This document shows, one piece after another, positions 19,509-29,500 of a stretch of 64,000 nt of DNA. The stretch's first letter is position 1. Every line of letters starts with the position of its first letter. The notes under the pieces were generated by a model that saw nothing but the letters and a program-made list of their open reading frames with translations, had not been told where the DNA came from and ran no database searches. Source of the DNA: Myxococcota bacterium. Its GTDB lineage: Bacteria > Myxococcota_A > UBA9160 > JAFDDA01. The translations under genes and the position numbers were made by a program. The stretch lies in the NCBI GenBank assembly GCA_965228475.1, contig OZ245817.1, forward strand, positions 4,096,001 to 4,160,000. Direction: 5' to 3'.

Positions 19509-19554
19509 GACGTCAAGGGTGTCATGCCCGGCCGGCACTTCCAAGCGCCGCCCT

Positions 19555-19560
19555 TATAAT
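19555..19560 (+). promoter_or_regulatory. Consensus -10 element TATAAT, probably for a leaderless lnt transcript
   Basis: TATAAT in GC-rich DNA, 6 nt before GTG 19567; no SD in between. Confidence 0.55.
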
Positions 19561-19566
19561 GCCGCC

Positions 19567-21114
19567 GTGCACGCGCGGCGCAGAAGCCTCGGCATCTTCC
19601 TGACCCTCCTTTCGGCCGCCGCCTTCGCGCTGGCCTTCCCGCCGACGTCCTGGCGCCCGCTCGCCTGGGTCGCCCTCGTCCCGTTCTTCCTGGCCGTGCG
19701 GGAAGGGTCGCTTCGCTGGGCTGCAGGATTGACGTGGCTCTGGAGCCTGGCTGCGGCCTACGGCGTGGGCGATTGGTTCCCGAACGCCGTCGCCACCTAC
19801 TTCCACCAGCCGGCGCCGGTCGCCCTGGCCCTCTTCTTCGCGGTGTTCACGGTGATGGCCGCGCCCTACTACCTGGCCTTCGCCTGGGCGTATCGGGCCC
19901 TCGCCGGGCGCTACGCCGCGGCGCTCCCGCTCCTGGCCGCCGCCGCATGGGTCACCGCCGAACTCGGGCGCGGCCGGCTCTTCACCGGGACGGCGTTCTT
20001 CATCGGAAACCCCTGGGGCCTGCTCGGCTACAGCCACGCGGACGTCCTGCCCCTCGCCCAGGTTGCCGCGCTCGGCGGCATCTACGCCGTCACGTTCGCG
20101 ATCGCCTGCGTGAACGCGGCCGTGGCGGGGGTCGCGTGGGCCGCCCTGCGACGGGAGCCCCTTCGCCCGGCCCTGCTCGGGCTGGCGATCGCGATCGTCC
20201 CCGCGCTGCTCGGCCTGGGATACGGCCGGCTCGTCTTGCGCGACGCCCCGCGGCTGACCGCCGAGGAGGCCATCACGGTGACCGTGGCCCAGGGCAACGT
20301 CGCGATCGGCTCGCGCTGGCGGGCGGACGCCTACGGCGAGAACCTCGACGTCTACCTCCGCCTGACCGAAGCCGCCGCCGAGCGCGACGCACCGCGCATC
20401 GCCTTCTGGCCCGAAGCCGCGATGACCTTCTTCCTCGAGGACGAACCCCTCTACCGGAGGACGATCGCGGGTCTTCTCGATCGACACGATCTCGAGCTCG
20501 TCACCGGAGGCCCCCGGACCCGGCCCGAGGAGCCCCCCGCTTTCTGGAACAGCGTGTTCGTGGTGGACCGCAAAGGGGAGATCACCGACCGCTACGACAA
20601 GGAGTACCTCGTCCCCTTCGCCGAGTACTTCCCGCTGCGCATCGACGTCCTGCGGCGGCGCTTCGGACGGATCCGCACCTTCGAAGCCGGGGACTCCGCG
20701 AAGCCCCTCGAGACCCGGGCGGGAGCGGCGGGCGTGCTCGTCTGCAACGAAGCCATGCTCCCGGAGGTGGCCCGGGCACGCGTCGAGCGGGGTGCCGAGT
20801 ACCTCCTGAACCCGTCGAACGACACGTGGATCTCGGCGCCGAAGTACGCCGAGCAGCAGCTCGACATCGCCCTCGTGCGCGCCATCGAGCAGCGGCGCTG
20901 GCTCGTGCGCGCTTCGACCTCGGGCCCCTCGGCCCTGGTCGACCCGTGGGGACGCGTCAAGGCGAGAACGTCGCCCTCGGAACGGGCCGTGGTGGTGGGG
21001 GAGATCGCGCCGCGCGCTGGGCGCACGCCCTACGCGCGCTACGGCGACGCCTTCGCGCTCGGCTGCCTGGGCCTCGTGGCCGTCGCCCTCGTCTCCGGCC
21101 GTCGGACCCGCTAG
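19567..21114 (+). CDS. lnt: Apolipoprotein N-acyltransferase
   Basis: N-terminal TM block with LAFPP and GNPWGLLGYS; nitrilase domain AQGNV, FWPEAA, YDKEYLVPFAEY, VCNE (E-K-C triad), SNDTW, VRAIE. Confidence 0.92.
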   Translation: MHARRRSLGIFLTLLSAAAFALAFPPTSWRPLAWVALVPFFLAVREGSLRWAAGLTWLWSLAAAYGVGDWFPNAVATYFHQPAPVALALFFAVFTVMAAPYYLAFAWAYRALAGRYAAALPLLAAAAWVTAELGRGRLFTGTAFFIGNPWGLLGYSHADVLPLAQVAALGGIYAVTFAIACVNAAVAGVAWAALRREPLRPALLGLAIAIVPALLGLGYGRLVLRDAPRLTAEEAITVTVAQGNVAIGSRWRADAYGENLDVYLRLTEAAAERDAPRIAFWPEAAMTFFLEDEPLYRRTIAGLLDRHDLELVTGGPRTRPEEPPAFWNSVFVVDRKGEITDRYDKEYLVPFAEYFPLRIDVLRRRFGRIRTFEAGDSAKPLETRAGAAGVLVCNEAMLPEVARARVERGAEYLLNPSNDTWISAPKYAEQQLDIALVRAIEQRRWLVRASTSGPSALVDPWGRVKARTSPSERAVVVGEIAPRAGRTPYARYGDAFALGCLGLVAVALVSGRRTR

Positions 21115-21126
21115 CCCCGCCGAGCG

Positions 21127-22425
21127 CTACTGCGACTCGCTCCCCGGCCCGATGATGATCTCCCGCCGCTGCTGCTTGCGGAAGTCCTCGATGCGCTTGC
21201 GCTCGAGCAGGAGGCCGAGCTCCTTGTTGCGCGTGCGGATGCGCTCGAGCTCGCGGGCGAGCTCGCGGTCCGAGAGGGAGGAGAGCTTGAAGTCAAGGTC
21301 GAGCTCGACGCTGCCGCGGGTGCCGTCGCTCGCGAGCGCCGTCACGCGCACGCGGTTGTTGCCCTCGCGCACGGGAACGAAGCCCGAGAACGACCCGTCC
21401 GGGGCGAGCCGCACGTCGGTCGAGAAGTCACCCGTCGAGAGGTTCGTGAAGACGACGTCCTCGATGTTCGCGAAGGACACGCCCTGGAGGAGCGCGATGA
21501 TGTCGCCCGGGTTCTGCACCGGCGTGAAGTTGCCGAGCGTGAGGCGCGCCATCTCGGTGGTCGCGTAGGGGAAGGTCAGGGCACCCGGCCCGAGGGCGTA
21601 GGTGTTGATCGTGATCTGGCCCTTGTGGGCGAGGCGCGCGGCGTTCAGCGCCGCCTCGACGTCGCCCTTGTCCGAGACCGCGCCGCGCCCGATCGGGAAG
21701 GTCGGCACGCCGTCGGTGAGGAAGAGGATCACGCGCTTGCTGCCGGGCCGCGGCGTGCTCTTCGCCCCCGAGAGGCCGGCGAGCTCGCGCACGCCCAGGC
21801 GGATGCCCGCGGCGTAGTTCGTCGCCCCGCGCGCGCCACGGGCGAGGATCGCCATCAGCGACCGGCGCACGGCGTCGAAGTCCTGGGTGAGCGGAACCTC
21901 GAGCCAGGCGTCCTGCTGGTCGATGCGCGCGCGTTCCCCGGTGGTCGGGCTCACCTCGCCGGCGAAGCTCAGCAAGCCGACGCGCACGCGGCTCGCATCG
22001 AGGCCGTCGATCAGCGCGAGCGCCGCAGCGACCTCGGCGGCGAGGATGGTGTCGCCCTCGTCCGTGCAGAGCACGTCGTCCGGGAAGGTGCCCGGCGGGA
22101 TCAGTTCCTGGTGCGGGTTCACGCCGATCTGGCCGTCGCGGTCGACGTCGACGCCGCTCGCGGTCTTCGTCGATTGGGAGACGTCGATGGCGATCATCAC
22201 GTCGAAGACCGCCGGGCGCTCACCCTCGGCGACGGCGCTCCCGCGGATCGGCGCGAGATGGACCTTGTTGCGAACGGCTTCCCCGGACTGCGGGGAGTCC
22301 ACGAGCAGCCGGACCGCGGCGCCCTCGGCGGGCGCGGTGGGCCCGGCCGCGAGCAGCAGCGCGAGCGCAATGGGCGCGGCGATGCGCCGGAGGCTCGGAA
22401 GGATCGGTGCGAACGAACGGTTCAA
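21127..22425 (-). CDS. Secreted VWA-domain protein
   Basis: Signal peptide; MIDAS DVSQS, GATNY, LFLTDG; Ig-like C-terminal VREGNNRVRVTA. Confidence 0.85.
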   Translation of the reverse strand: MNRSFAPILPSLRRIAAPIALALLLAAGPTAPAEGAAVRLLVDSPQSGEAVRNKVHLAPIRGSAVAEGERPAVFDVMIAIDVSQSTKTASGVDVDRDGQIGVNPHQELIPPGTFPDDVLCTDEGDTILAAEVAAALALIDGLDASRVRVGLLSFAGEVSPTTGERARIDQQDAWLEVPLTQDFDAVRRSLMAILARGARGATNYAAGIRLGVRELAGLSGAKSTPRPGSKRVILFLTDGVPTFPIGRGAVSDKGDVEAALNAARLAHKGQITINTYALGPGALTFPYATTEMARLTLGNFTPVQNPGDIIALLQGVSFANIEDVVFTNLSTGDFSTDVRLAPDGSFSGFVPVREGNNRVRVTALASDGTRGSVELDLDFKLSSLSDRELARELERIRTRNKELGLLLERKRIEDFRKQQRREIIIGPGSESQ

Positions 22426-22476
22426 AGGGCTCCCCCTCGGCGCTCGAGGACGACACGTCGAGCGTGGGCGGGGAGC

Positions 22477-23385
22477 CTACCAGAGACCGGCCAGCTCGCG
22501 CCCCCGGTCGGTCTTCAACTCGAGCTCGGCGCGGCGGTTGCGCTGCCGGCCCTCGGCCGAGCCGTCCGAAGCCACCGGGAAGCGGGCCGCCATGCCGACC
22601 GCGGTCACCCGCGAGGGCGCGACGCCCTCCGAGAGCAGGTAGTCCCGCACGGCCGCGGCGCGGGCATCCGCGAGCGCACGGCGCTTGGGCTCCTGCTTCG
22701 AGGCGTGGCCCCGAACCACGACCACCGTGCCCGGGTGCTCGCGCAGGGCCTTGGCCACGGTGCGCAGGCGGCGCTTCGCGCCCTTCTTCAGCGTGGCGGA
22801 CTCGTCGGCGAACAGGACCTCGTCCGGCAGGCTCAGGACCTTCGGGTCCTCGATCCCGGCGAGGTCACCGCCCACCGGCGGCTTCACCGAGGAGTGGCGG
22901 TCGTCCCAGCCCCAATCGTCGTCGTAGTCATCGTCCCAATCATCGTACCGGTCGTGATGCCGGTCGCGATGCCGGTCCCGGTGACGGTCGTAGCCGCGGT
23001 GGCCGCGGTGCGGGCGGCGCGGCTCGCGGTAGACGGGCGGCGGCGGGTGCGCTTCATAGCGGTCGCGGGCTTCGTCGCGATCGATGGCGTCGCCGATCAC
23101 GGCGCCGGTCAGCGCGCCGAGGGCGCCACCGATCCAGTAGCCGGCCTCGTCGTGCTGATGGCCGGCGATCGCGCGGCCCACGCCGGCGCCGGCGAGGCCG
23201 CCGAGCACCGCGCCGCGCGCCGTGTGGTTCGTGTCGTAGTAATGGTTGCCGTACGCGTCGTAGCGATGCGTGGCGCAACCCATCGTCCCCACCACGGTGA
23301 GGCTCAAGAGCAGGGTTCCGAGGGCCCGCGTGCGCGGGGCCTTCGCCCGGGTGCGGGCTGCCTGGGCCGAGGTTCGATCGTCCAC
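22477..23385 (-). CDS. OmpA-family lipoprotein with glycine zipper
   Basis: GTG 23385 with GGAGGAG; TMGC lipobox-like; GAVLGGLAGAGVG zipper; VLFADESATL..RAAAVRDYL..GRQRNRRAE. Confidence 0.85.
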   Translation of the reverse strand: MDDRTSAQAARTRAKAPRTRALGTLLLSLTVVGTMGCATHRYDAYGNHYYDTNHTARGAVLGGLAGAGVGRAIAGHQHDEAGYWIGGALGALTGAVIGDAIDRDEARDRYEAHPPPPVYREPRRPHRGHRGYDRHRDRHRDRHHDRYDDWDDDYDDDWGWDDRHSSVKPPVGGDLAGIEDPKVLSLPDEVLFADESATLKKGAKRRLRTVAKALREHPGTVVVVRGHASKQEPKRRALADARAAAVRDYLLSEGVAPSRVTAVGMAARFPVASDGSAEGRQRNRRAELELKTDRGRELAGLW

Positions 23386-23452
23386 GGTGTCTCCTCCCGC
23401 CACCACGAGGCCGGGAGCCCCGGCGGCGTCGGGACCTTGGACGGAGCCGGCC

Positions 23453-24817
23453 TCAAGAAGATTCGGCGGGCGTTTCCTCTTTCTGGGAGGGGGCTTCCAT
23501 GGCCTCGGACGCCTCCGAAGGAGCCTCCGGGAGCGGCAGCGCGTCCGCAGCGCCGGGCGCCGGGGTCGGCTCGGTGCCGAGTTCGGCACCCGGCTCCGGA
23601 AGCTCGGCGCCGGGTTCGGGCAGCGCGCCGCCGGGTTCGGGCAGCGCGCCGCCGGGTTCGGGCAGCGCGCCGCCGGGTTCGGGCAGCGCGGCGCCGGGTT
23701 CGGGCAGCGCGGCGCCGGGCTCGGCGAGCTCGAGATCGTCCTCGACCGCCTCGGATTCGACGTCCGAGGGCGCCAGGGCTTCGGCGGACCGCCGCTCGGC
23801 GCGGCCGGAGAGCCAGTCCACCTTCTGGAGGCGCGCGGCGTGGCGGCGCAGGGCGAGGAGGCTCGTTTCGCCGACGGCCCGCAGGCTCTCCTTCGAGGTG
23901 TGCTCGACGGTGTCCTGCTCCCCGGCGAAGGTGCCGGGCGGCTCTTCGCCGCCGTGGGCCGGGTCGATGATCGCGACGACCCGCGGGAAGCCGCGGTCGA
24001 ACAGGGCGCGGTGGGTCGCCTCGGTCTGGAGGAAGCCGCGGTCCGTCGGGAACGCCTCGCCGTGGCCGAGGTCGCGGGCGGCGGAGAAGAACTCCTCGCG
24101 GGCCGTGCGCTCGGAGATGAGGTCGCGTGCGATCTTGAGGTCCGCATCGCCGACCTGGCGGAAGACGACGGCGAGGCGGACGGCGCTCGTGTCCTGGATG
24201 GAGGCGGCGAGGGCGCGGCTGCCGGCCAGCGGCTTCAGTACCGGGGCCGCGGGCGGCGCGCCGGCGTCGCCGTCGAGGAACCAGAACTCGGTGTGGTAGG
24301 GAAGCGGCCGTTCGACGAGCTGGGCGGCGAGCTCGAGCAGCAGTGCCGCGCCCGAGGCGCCGTCGTTCGCGCCGGCGCTCTCGGCGGCGCTGTCGTAGTG
24401 CGAGAAGAGCAGGATCTCGTCCGGCGAATCGCTCGGCAGCCGCGCAACCAGGTGGCGGAGCACCAGGCTCCCCGGTTCGCCGTCCTTCTCCGCGGGCGGA
24501 ATCTCCAGCTCGAGCTCGATCTCCTCGACCTCGAGGCCCAGCCCCTCGAGACGGGTCCGGATGTACTCCCCGGCCTCGAGCGACGCCGGCGAGCCCGCCG
24601 GGCGCGGTCCGAGTTCCGCCAGCGCTCGAAGGTGGGCGAAGGCGCGGTCCGCAGAGAACGGCTCCGCCTGGACCGTGACCGGCGCGGCCGGGGACCCTCC
24701 GGCAGAGCCAGAAGGAGACGACGTTTGAAACTGCCGCTCCAGGCTGGCGCAACCGGCCAGCAAGAACGCGCAGAAGGTGGTGAGTTCGAGGGCGATTCGC
24801 TTCTTCGGACAGTTCAT
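23453..24817 (-). CDS. M28 peptidase-family lipoprotein with Pro-rich repeat tail
   Basis: LLAGC lipobox; FSADRAFAHL..LGPRPAGS; SHYDS; GANDGASG; EPGxALP repeats. Confidence 0.82.
   Translation of the reverse strand: MNCPKKRIALELTTFCAFLLAGCASLERQFQTSSPSGSAGGSPAAPVTVQAEPFSADRAFAHLRALAELGPRPAGSPASLEAGEYIRTRLEGLGLEVEEIELELEIPPAEKDGEPGSLVLRHLVARLPSDSPDEILLFSHYDSAAESAGANDGASGAALLLELAAQLVERPLPYHTEFWFLDGDAGAPPAAPVLKPLAGSRALAASIQDTSAVRLAVVFRQVGDADLKIARDLISERTAREEFFSAARDLGHGEAFPTDRGFLQTEATHRALFDRGFPRVVAIIDPAHGGEEPPGTFAGEQDTVEHTSKESLRAVGETSLLALRRHAARLQKVDWLSGRAERRSAEALAPSDVESEAVEDDLELAEPGAALPEPGAALPEPGGALPEPGGALPEPGGALPEPGAELPEPGAELGTEPTPAPGAADALPLPEAPSEASEAMEAPSQKEETPAESS
23588..23724. repeat. 21-bp coding tandem repeat (GCCGGGTTCGGGCAGCGCG[C/G]C), 5 full copies plus degenerate flanks
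   Basis: Units start at 23609, 23630, 23651, 23672 and 23693; encode EPG[AG]ALP. Confidence 0.9.
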
Positions 24818-25047
24818 CTCGGCGGGGAGGCTCGGGTGGCTGGAGCCCCGCGGGGCCGCCCCAGCCGTGGTTTTCGTCGTGGATCCGGGCGCATCCTGAC
24901 ACTTCCTCCGCGGCGGAGCCACATCTTGATGGAGGCCCCTCCCTGGTGGGGCTTTTCAAAAGTGGAAGGCAGGGCATCGGCCTCGCGGCCGGGCCCTGCC
25001 TTCAACTTCTCCCCCCTCCCCTCGCCCCGCGGTCCCGCGGAGCCGGC

Positions 25048-26562
25048 ATGTCTCGGATCGTTTCCGCCTCTCTCGTCGGGGTCGAAGGCGTGTGCGTCGA
25101 GGTCGAGGTGCGCATCAGCTCCCAGCTGCCGCGCGTCGACATCGTCGGCCTGCCCGAAGCCACGGTGCGCGAAGCCTCGGCCCGGGTGCGCGCGGCGATC
25201 GCCTCGGTCGGCCTGCCCTTCCCCGCCGACCGCGTGACGGTGAACCTCGCGCCGGCCGGTGTGCGCAAGAGCGGCGCCGGGCTCGACCTGCCGATCGCCG
25301 TCGGCATCCTCGCCGCCTCGGGCGCCGTGGCTTCGGAGGAGATCGACGCCACGGCCTTCTTCGGCGAACTCGCACTCGACGGCCGGCTGCGCCCGGTGCG
25401 GGGCGGGCTCGCCCTTGCCCTGGCCGTGCGCGACGCCGGCGCAACCCGCGTGATCCTGCCGCGCGAGAACGCCGGCGAGGCCGCCCTGGCGCCGGACGTC
25501 GAAGTGCTCGCCGCCGAGGACCTCGGCGCGGTGGTGCGTTTCCTCCAGACGGGCCGCGGCCTCGAACCGACTGTCGCGACGATGGCCCCCCGCCCCGAAC
25601 CCGACGCGAATGCCCTCGACCTCGCCGACGTGCGCGGCCAGGAGCAGGGCAAGCGCGCCCTCGAGATCGCCGCCGCGGGCGGACACTCCGTGCTCTTCGT
25701 CGGCTCGCCCGGCTCGGGGAAGACGATGCTCGCGCGCCGCCTCGCGGGGCTCCTCCCGGAGCTCTCCTTCGAAGAATCCCTCGAGGCCACGCGCATCCAC
25801 GGCGTGGCCGGCCGGCTCGACCCGCGCACCCCGATCCTGCGCGAGCGCCCGTTCCGCGCCCCCCACCACACGGCCAGCACCGCCGGGCTCCTCGGCGGCG
25901 GGAACCCCCTGCGCCCGGGCGAAGTCTCCCTCGCCCACCACGGCGTCCTCTTCCTCGACGAGCTCCCGGAGTTCGAACGCCGCGCGCTCGAATCCCTACG
26001 GCAGGTTCTCGAAGAGCACCGCGTCGAACTCGCCCGGGCGAGCGTTCAGGCGAGCTTCCCGGCGAAAGTCCTGCTCGTCGCGGCGTGCAACCCGTGTCCG
26101 TGCGGGTGGCGGCTCTCGGAAAAGCGCGACTGCCGCTGCGACGAGGGTGCCGTCGCGCGCTACATGGCGCGCATCTCCGGCCCGCTGCTCGACCGCATCG
26201 ATCTCCACGTGCAGGTTCCCGCCGTCGCTTGGAAGGATCTCGCGGACCTGGCCCCGGGCGAGACGACGAAACAGGTTCGCGAGCGCGTCCTCGCCGCACG
26301 GGCGCGACAGCACGAACGCCGCGCGCTCACCGGAAGCGGAACCAACGCCGGCATCCCGGACCGCTGCCTGGACGCCGCGGCCCCCGTCGACCCGCGCGCC
26401 CGCTCCCTGCTCTCCCGCGCCGTCGACGGCTGGGGCCTCTCGGCACGCGCCCTGCGCCGCGTGCTGCGGGTGGCCCGAACCCTGTCCGACCTCGACGCGA
26501 GCCCGCAGCTGAGCGAGGCCCACGTTGCCGAGGCGCTCGGCTACCGGAGGATGGAAGCGTGA
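25048..26562 (+). CDS. comM: YifB/ComM family Mg-chelatase-like AAA+ ATPase
   Basis: IVGLPEATVRE, TVNLAPA, DVRGQ, GSPGSGKTMLA, PFRAPHHTAS, PGEVSLAHHGVLFLDELPEF, NPCPCG, ISGPLLDRID. Confidence 0.95.
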   Translation: MSRIVSASLVGVEGVCVEVEVRISSQLPRVDIVGLPEATVREASARVRAAIASVGLPFPADRVTVNLAPAGVRKSGAGLDLPIAVGILAASGAVASEEIDATAFFGELALDGRLRPVRGGLALALAVRDAGATRVILPRENAGEAALAPDVEVLAAEDLGAVVRFLQTGRGLEPTVATMAPRPEPDANALDLADVRGQEQGKRALEIAAAGGHSVLFVGSPGSGKTMLARRLAGLLPELSFEESLEATRIHGVAGRLDPRTPILRERPFRAPHHTASTAGLLGGGNPLRPGEVSLAHHGVLFLDELPEFERRALESLRQVLEEHRVELARASVQASFPAKVLLVAACNPCPCGWRLSEKRDCRCDEGAVARYMARISGPLLDRIDLHVQVPAVAWKDLADLAPGETTKQVRERVLAARARQHERRALTGSGTNAGIPDRCLDAAAPVDPRARSLLSRAVDGWGLSARALRRVLRVARTLSDLDASPQLSEAHVAEALGYRRMEA

Positions 26563-26576
26563 TCCCGGAGCCAGGC

Positions 26577-29500
26577 TCAGTCGATCGCCAGCCAGTGGAT
26601 CCGGCTGAACTCACGCGGATAGCCGCAGCGCTCGCCGGCGAAGGCGACCGTCCCGTCGCTCGAGACGCGCGCTCGGTCGATCTGGCCTGACGAGCAGTAG
26701 TCCGGCTCGAAGCGCTGACGCTCTTCGTAGATCTCCGCGTCGAGGATCAGGAGTTCGTCGCGTGTGACGTACACGAGGCGCATTCCGTCGGGCGAAAAGA
26801 CCGCGTCCTGGCCACCGACATCGACCGCCCAGGTCCCGTGCACGCTCTCGAGATCGTTCGACACCCGGTCGTAGAGGATGCGCGAGGACGGTGCCAGCCA
26901 GACGACGTGCTCTCCGTCGGGCGAGAGCGCAAGCCCGGTTGCCTCGGCACCGTTGCGGAGGCTTTCCAGGAACACGGGCCCAGCCTCGAGGTCGAAAGCG
27001 AAGCGCGACAGGTCGTGGGTCGCGCGCAGCAGCTCGCCGTGCAGAGCGTTGTACTGGAGAGGGCCTCCGGTGGCGATGTAGCCCGCGTCGAACTCCGTCG
27101 CGCCGGCTTCGAGCCAATGGAGCGTCGTCCCGTGCCGGTTCGGTCGGGCCATCAAGAGGCTTCCTTCCGGCCCGAGTTCGAGCCGGCCGGTGTAGGACGG
27201 CGTCGCCCAACGAACGGTCGAACCGTCGGTGAGGTCGAGCGCGAGCACCTCCTGCTCTTCGGGCAGGGTGACCCACAGGCGATGGGCCTCGGCGTCGAGC
27301 AGCAGGTCCTCGGGCGCCGAGGTCAGCGGGAATACGGCGCCGATGCGGTCGCTGAAGACGTTGCGGAGCACGATCTCGTCGGGCATGCGCTCGCCGCTCA
27401 AGACCCAGCCACTGCAAAGGGCCTCGAAGTCCGCGATGTCGCCGAGGTCGAGGGTTCCACTCGGCGCCGTCGGATCCGTCTGGAAGTCGCAGAGCGGCGT
27501 AGCGACCGTCGGGGGCAGGACGCGCGCCACGTCACACGCACCCTCGAGGCCATGCTCCGGGCGCTGGCAGCCGAAGTCCCCGGGAAAGGCGTCGAGGACG
27601 AGTCCGGTGGTGCTGTCCGCCGGGCCGGAGCCGGGGTTCCAGTAGTCGGGGGCCCCGTCTGCGTCGACGTCGATGGAGGCGGCGGGATCTCGCGGGAAGG
27701 CGTCGAGGCCGTCGGGGACGCCATCGGCGTCGGCGTCGTCCGTCGGAACGTGTCGATGGAAGTCGGGTCGACCGTCCCGGTGGGTGACGACCTGGAACCC
27801 CCCCTCGAAGGCGAACACCCGGCGCGGCTCGCCCGGGAAGGCCACGCGCTCGAGCAGCCGGAGACCGAGGTCATAGCGCTCGAGAAGCGTGCCGCCGTCG
27901 CCGTCGTCGAGCAGCACTCCGAATCCATCCTCGAGGAACGCCGCGTCCTCCGGGTCGAAGCCCAGCTCGCCCAGGAAGATGTAGGCCGAAGCCTCGTAGA
28001 GCCGGCCCGATCCGTCCAGCACCACGCTCCCGTCGTCCGGGACCCACACGGGGGGCGCGCCCGGCTCGCCCGCACCGGTGGCCGGGAACTGGGCGAGGAC
28101 CTGGCCGGTTGTCGGGTCGACCTCCTCCCAGCGGTGCGTCGCGCCGACCGCGTGCAGGCGTCCCGTCGCTGGGCTCCACACCGCGGCGGTTCCTCCGACG
28201 AACCGGTCGGGGCCGGAGAGCTCGTTGCCGTCCCGGTCGTAGGTGAGTCGGTTGGGCGTCGTGTTCGAAAGGTTCACCCGGAGCCACGGACCCCACGCAT
28301 CGAGCTCGAACACCCGCCCGAGGCTGACGACCAGGCGCTCTTCCTCGACCGGCTCCAGCGGGTCGATCCAGGAGACGCCACCGCCGTCGCCGCCCACATA
28401 GAGGCGATCGTGGTCCGCCGAGTAGATCAACTGCGTGACGACGTCGTCGGTGACGATCGGGTTCAGGGCGCCGGTTCCGAAGGCGTAGCCGTGAATCCGC
28501 CGCGCGCCGCCGTCGAGAAGATGGATCACGCCGCGGGAGTCCATGACGATCTCGTCGGGGTCGTAGAAGGGAACGCGCCCCTCGACGTCGCACTCGTCGG
28601 GCGCACCGGCGCGCGCGTGCGAGGGCGCGTGGCAGGCCGAGTCGAAGGGGAACGCGTCGCGCGCGAGGCCCGAGTTGTGGAACCCGTAGCCGAGGTGATG
28701 GAAGTCCGGGTAGCCGTCGTCGTCGCTGTCGACGGAGGCGGCGGCACTCAACGGGAATGCGTCCTCGGCGAAGGACACCGAGTCCCCGTCCCCGTCGTCG
28801 CCGAGGGCGTAGTCATGGAACGCGAGCGTTCCGATCCCGGTGACCACGCGGACGCCGCCTTGCCAGAGCCACACGCCCAGCGCACTCCCGTCGAAGTCCG
28901 CGGCGTCGATCCGCCGGAGGTCGGCGTCCCAACGCTCGAGAGCCGTTCCGCGCGGGATGCCGCGGATCGTCACGAGCGATCCGTCCTCGAGCCAGACCGC
29001 ATCGTAGATCCCTTCGATGGGAAGGCGCGCAACGGGATCCAGAGTGTGACCATCGTAGATCTCGCCGGTGCGGACCGAAACGCGCCCGCCGTCCTGCGAA
29101 ACGCGGATCGGATGCCGCACGCGGGAGTTCGCCAGGCCCTGGGCCGGAACGCTGCCGAGCCAGGCCCCCGTCCCGGGATCCAGGTTCTGGGCGCGCAGCC
29201 GGTTCGAAGACCAGCCGTCGGAGAGATGGTAGAAGCGGCCGTTGGCTTCGCTCCACGTGAGGTACTGCGAATCGTGGGAGGCCCTGAAGTTCTCGACCAG
29301 ATTCCCGGCCGCGTCGTAGACGTAGAACTGGTCGTCGACGGTCGAGGAGGCGACGAGGAAGTCGCCGGCCGCGACGAGCCCGGGCACCGTTCCCGGCACG
29401 GCCGCGAACGGAGCCTCACCCGCCAGGCCGTCGGGCGCGACCCGGGTGATGCGCCCATCCTCATACGCCACGTAGAGCGCATCGTGCGAAGCCGAGTAGA

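Noticed and set aside
23588..23724. Possible CRISPR array
   Set aside because: Contiguous in-frame 21-bp units with no spacers and no cas genes
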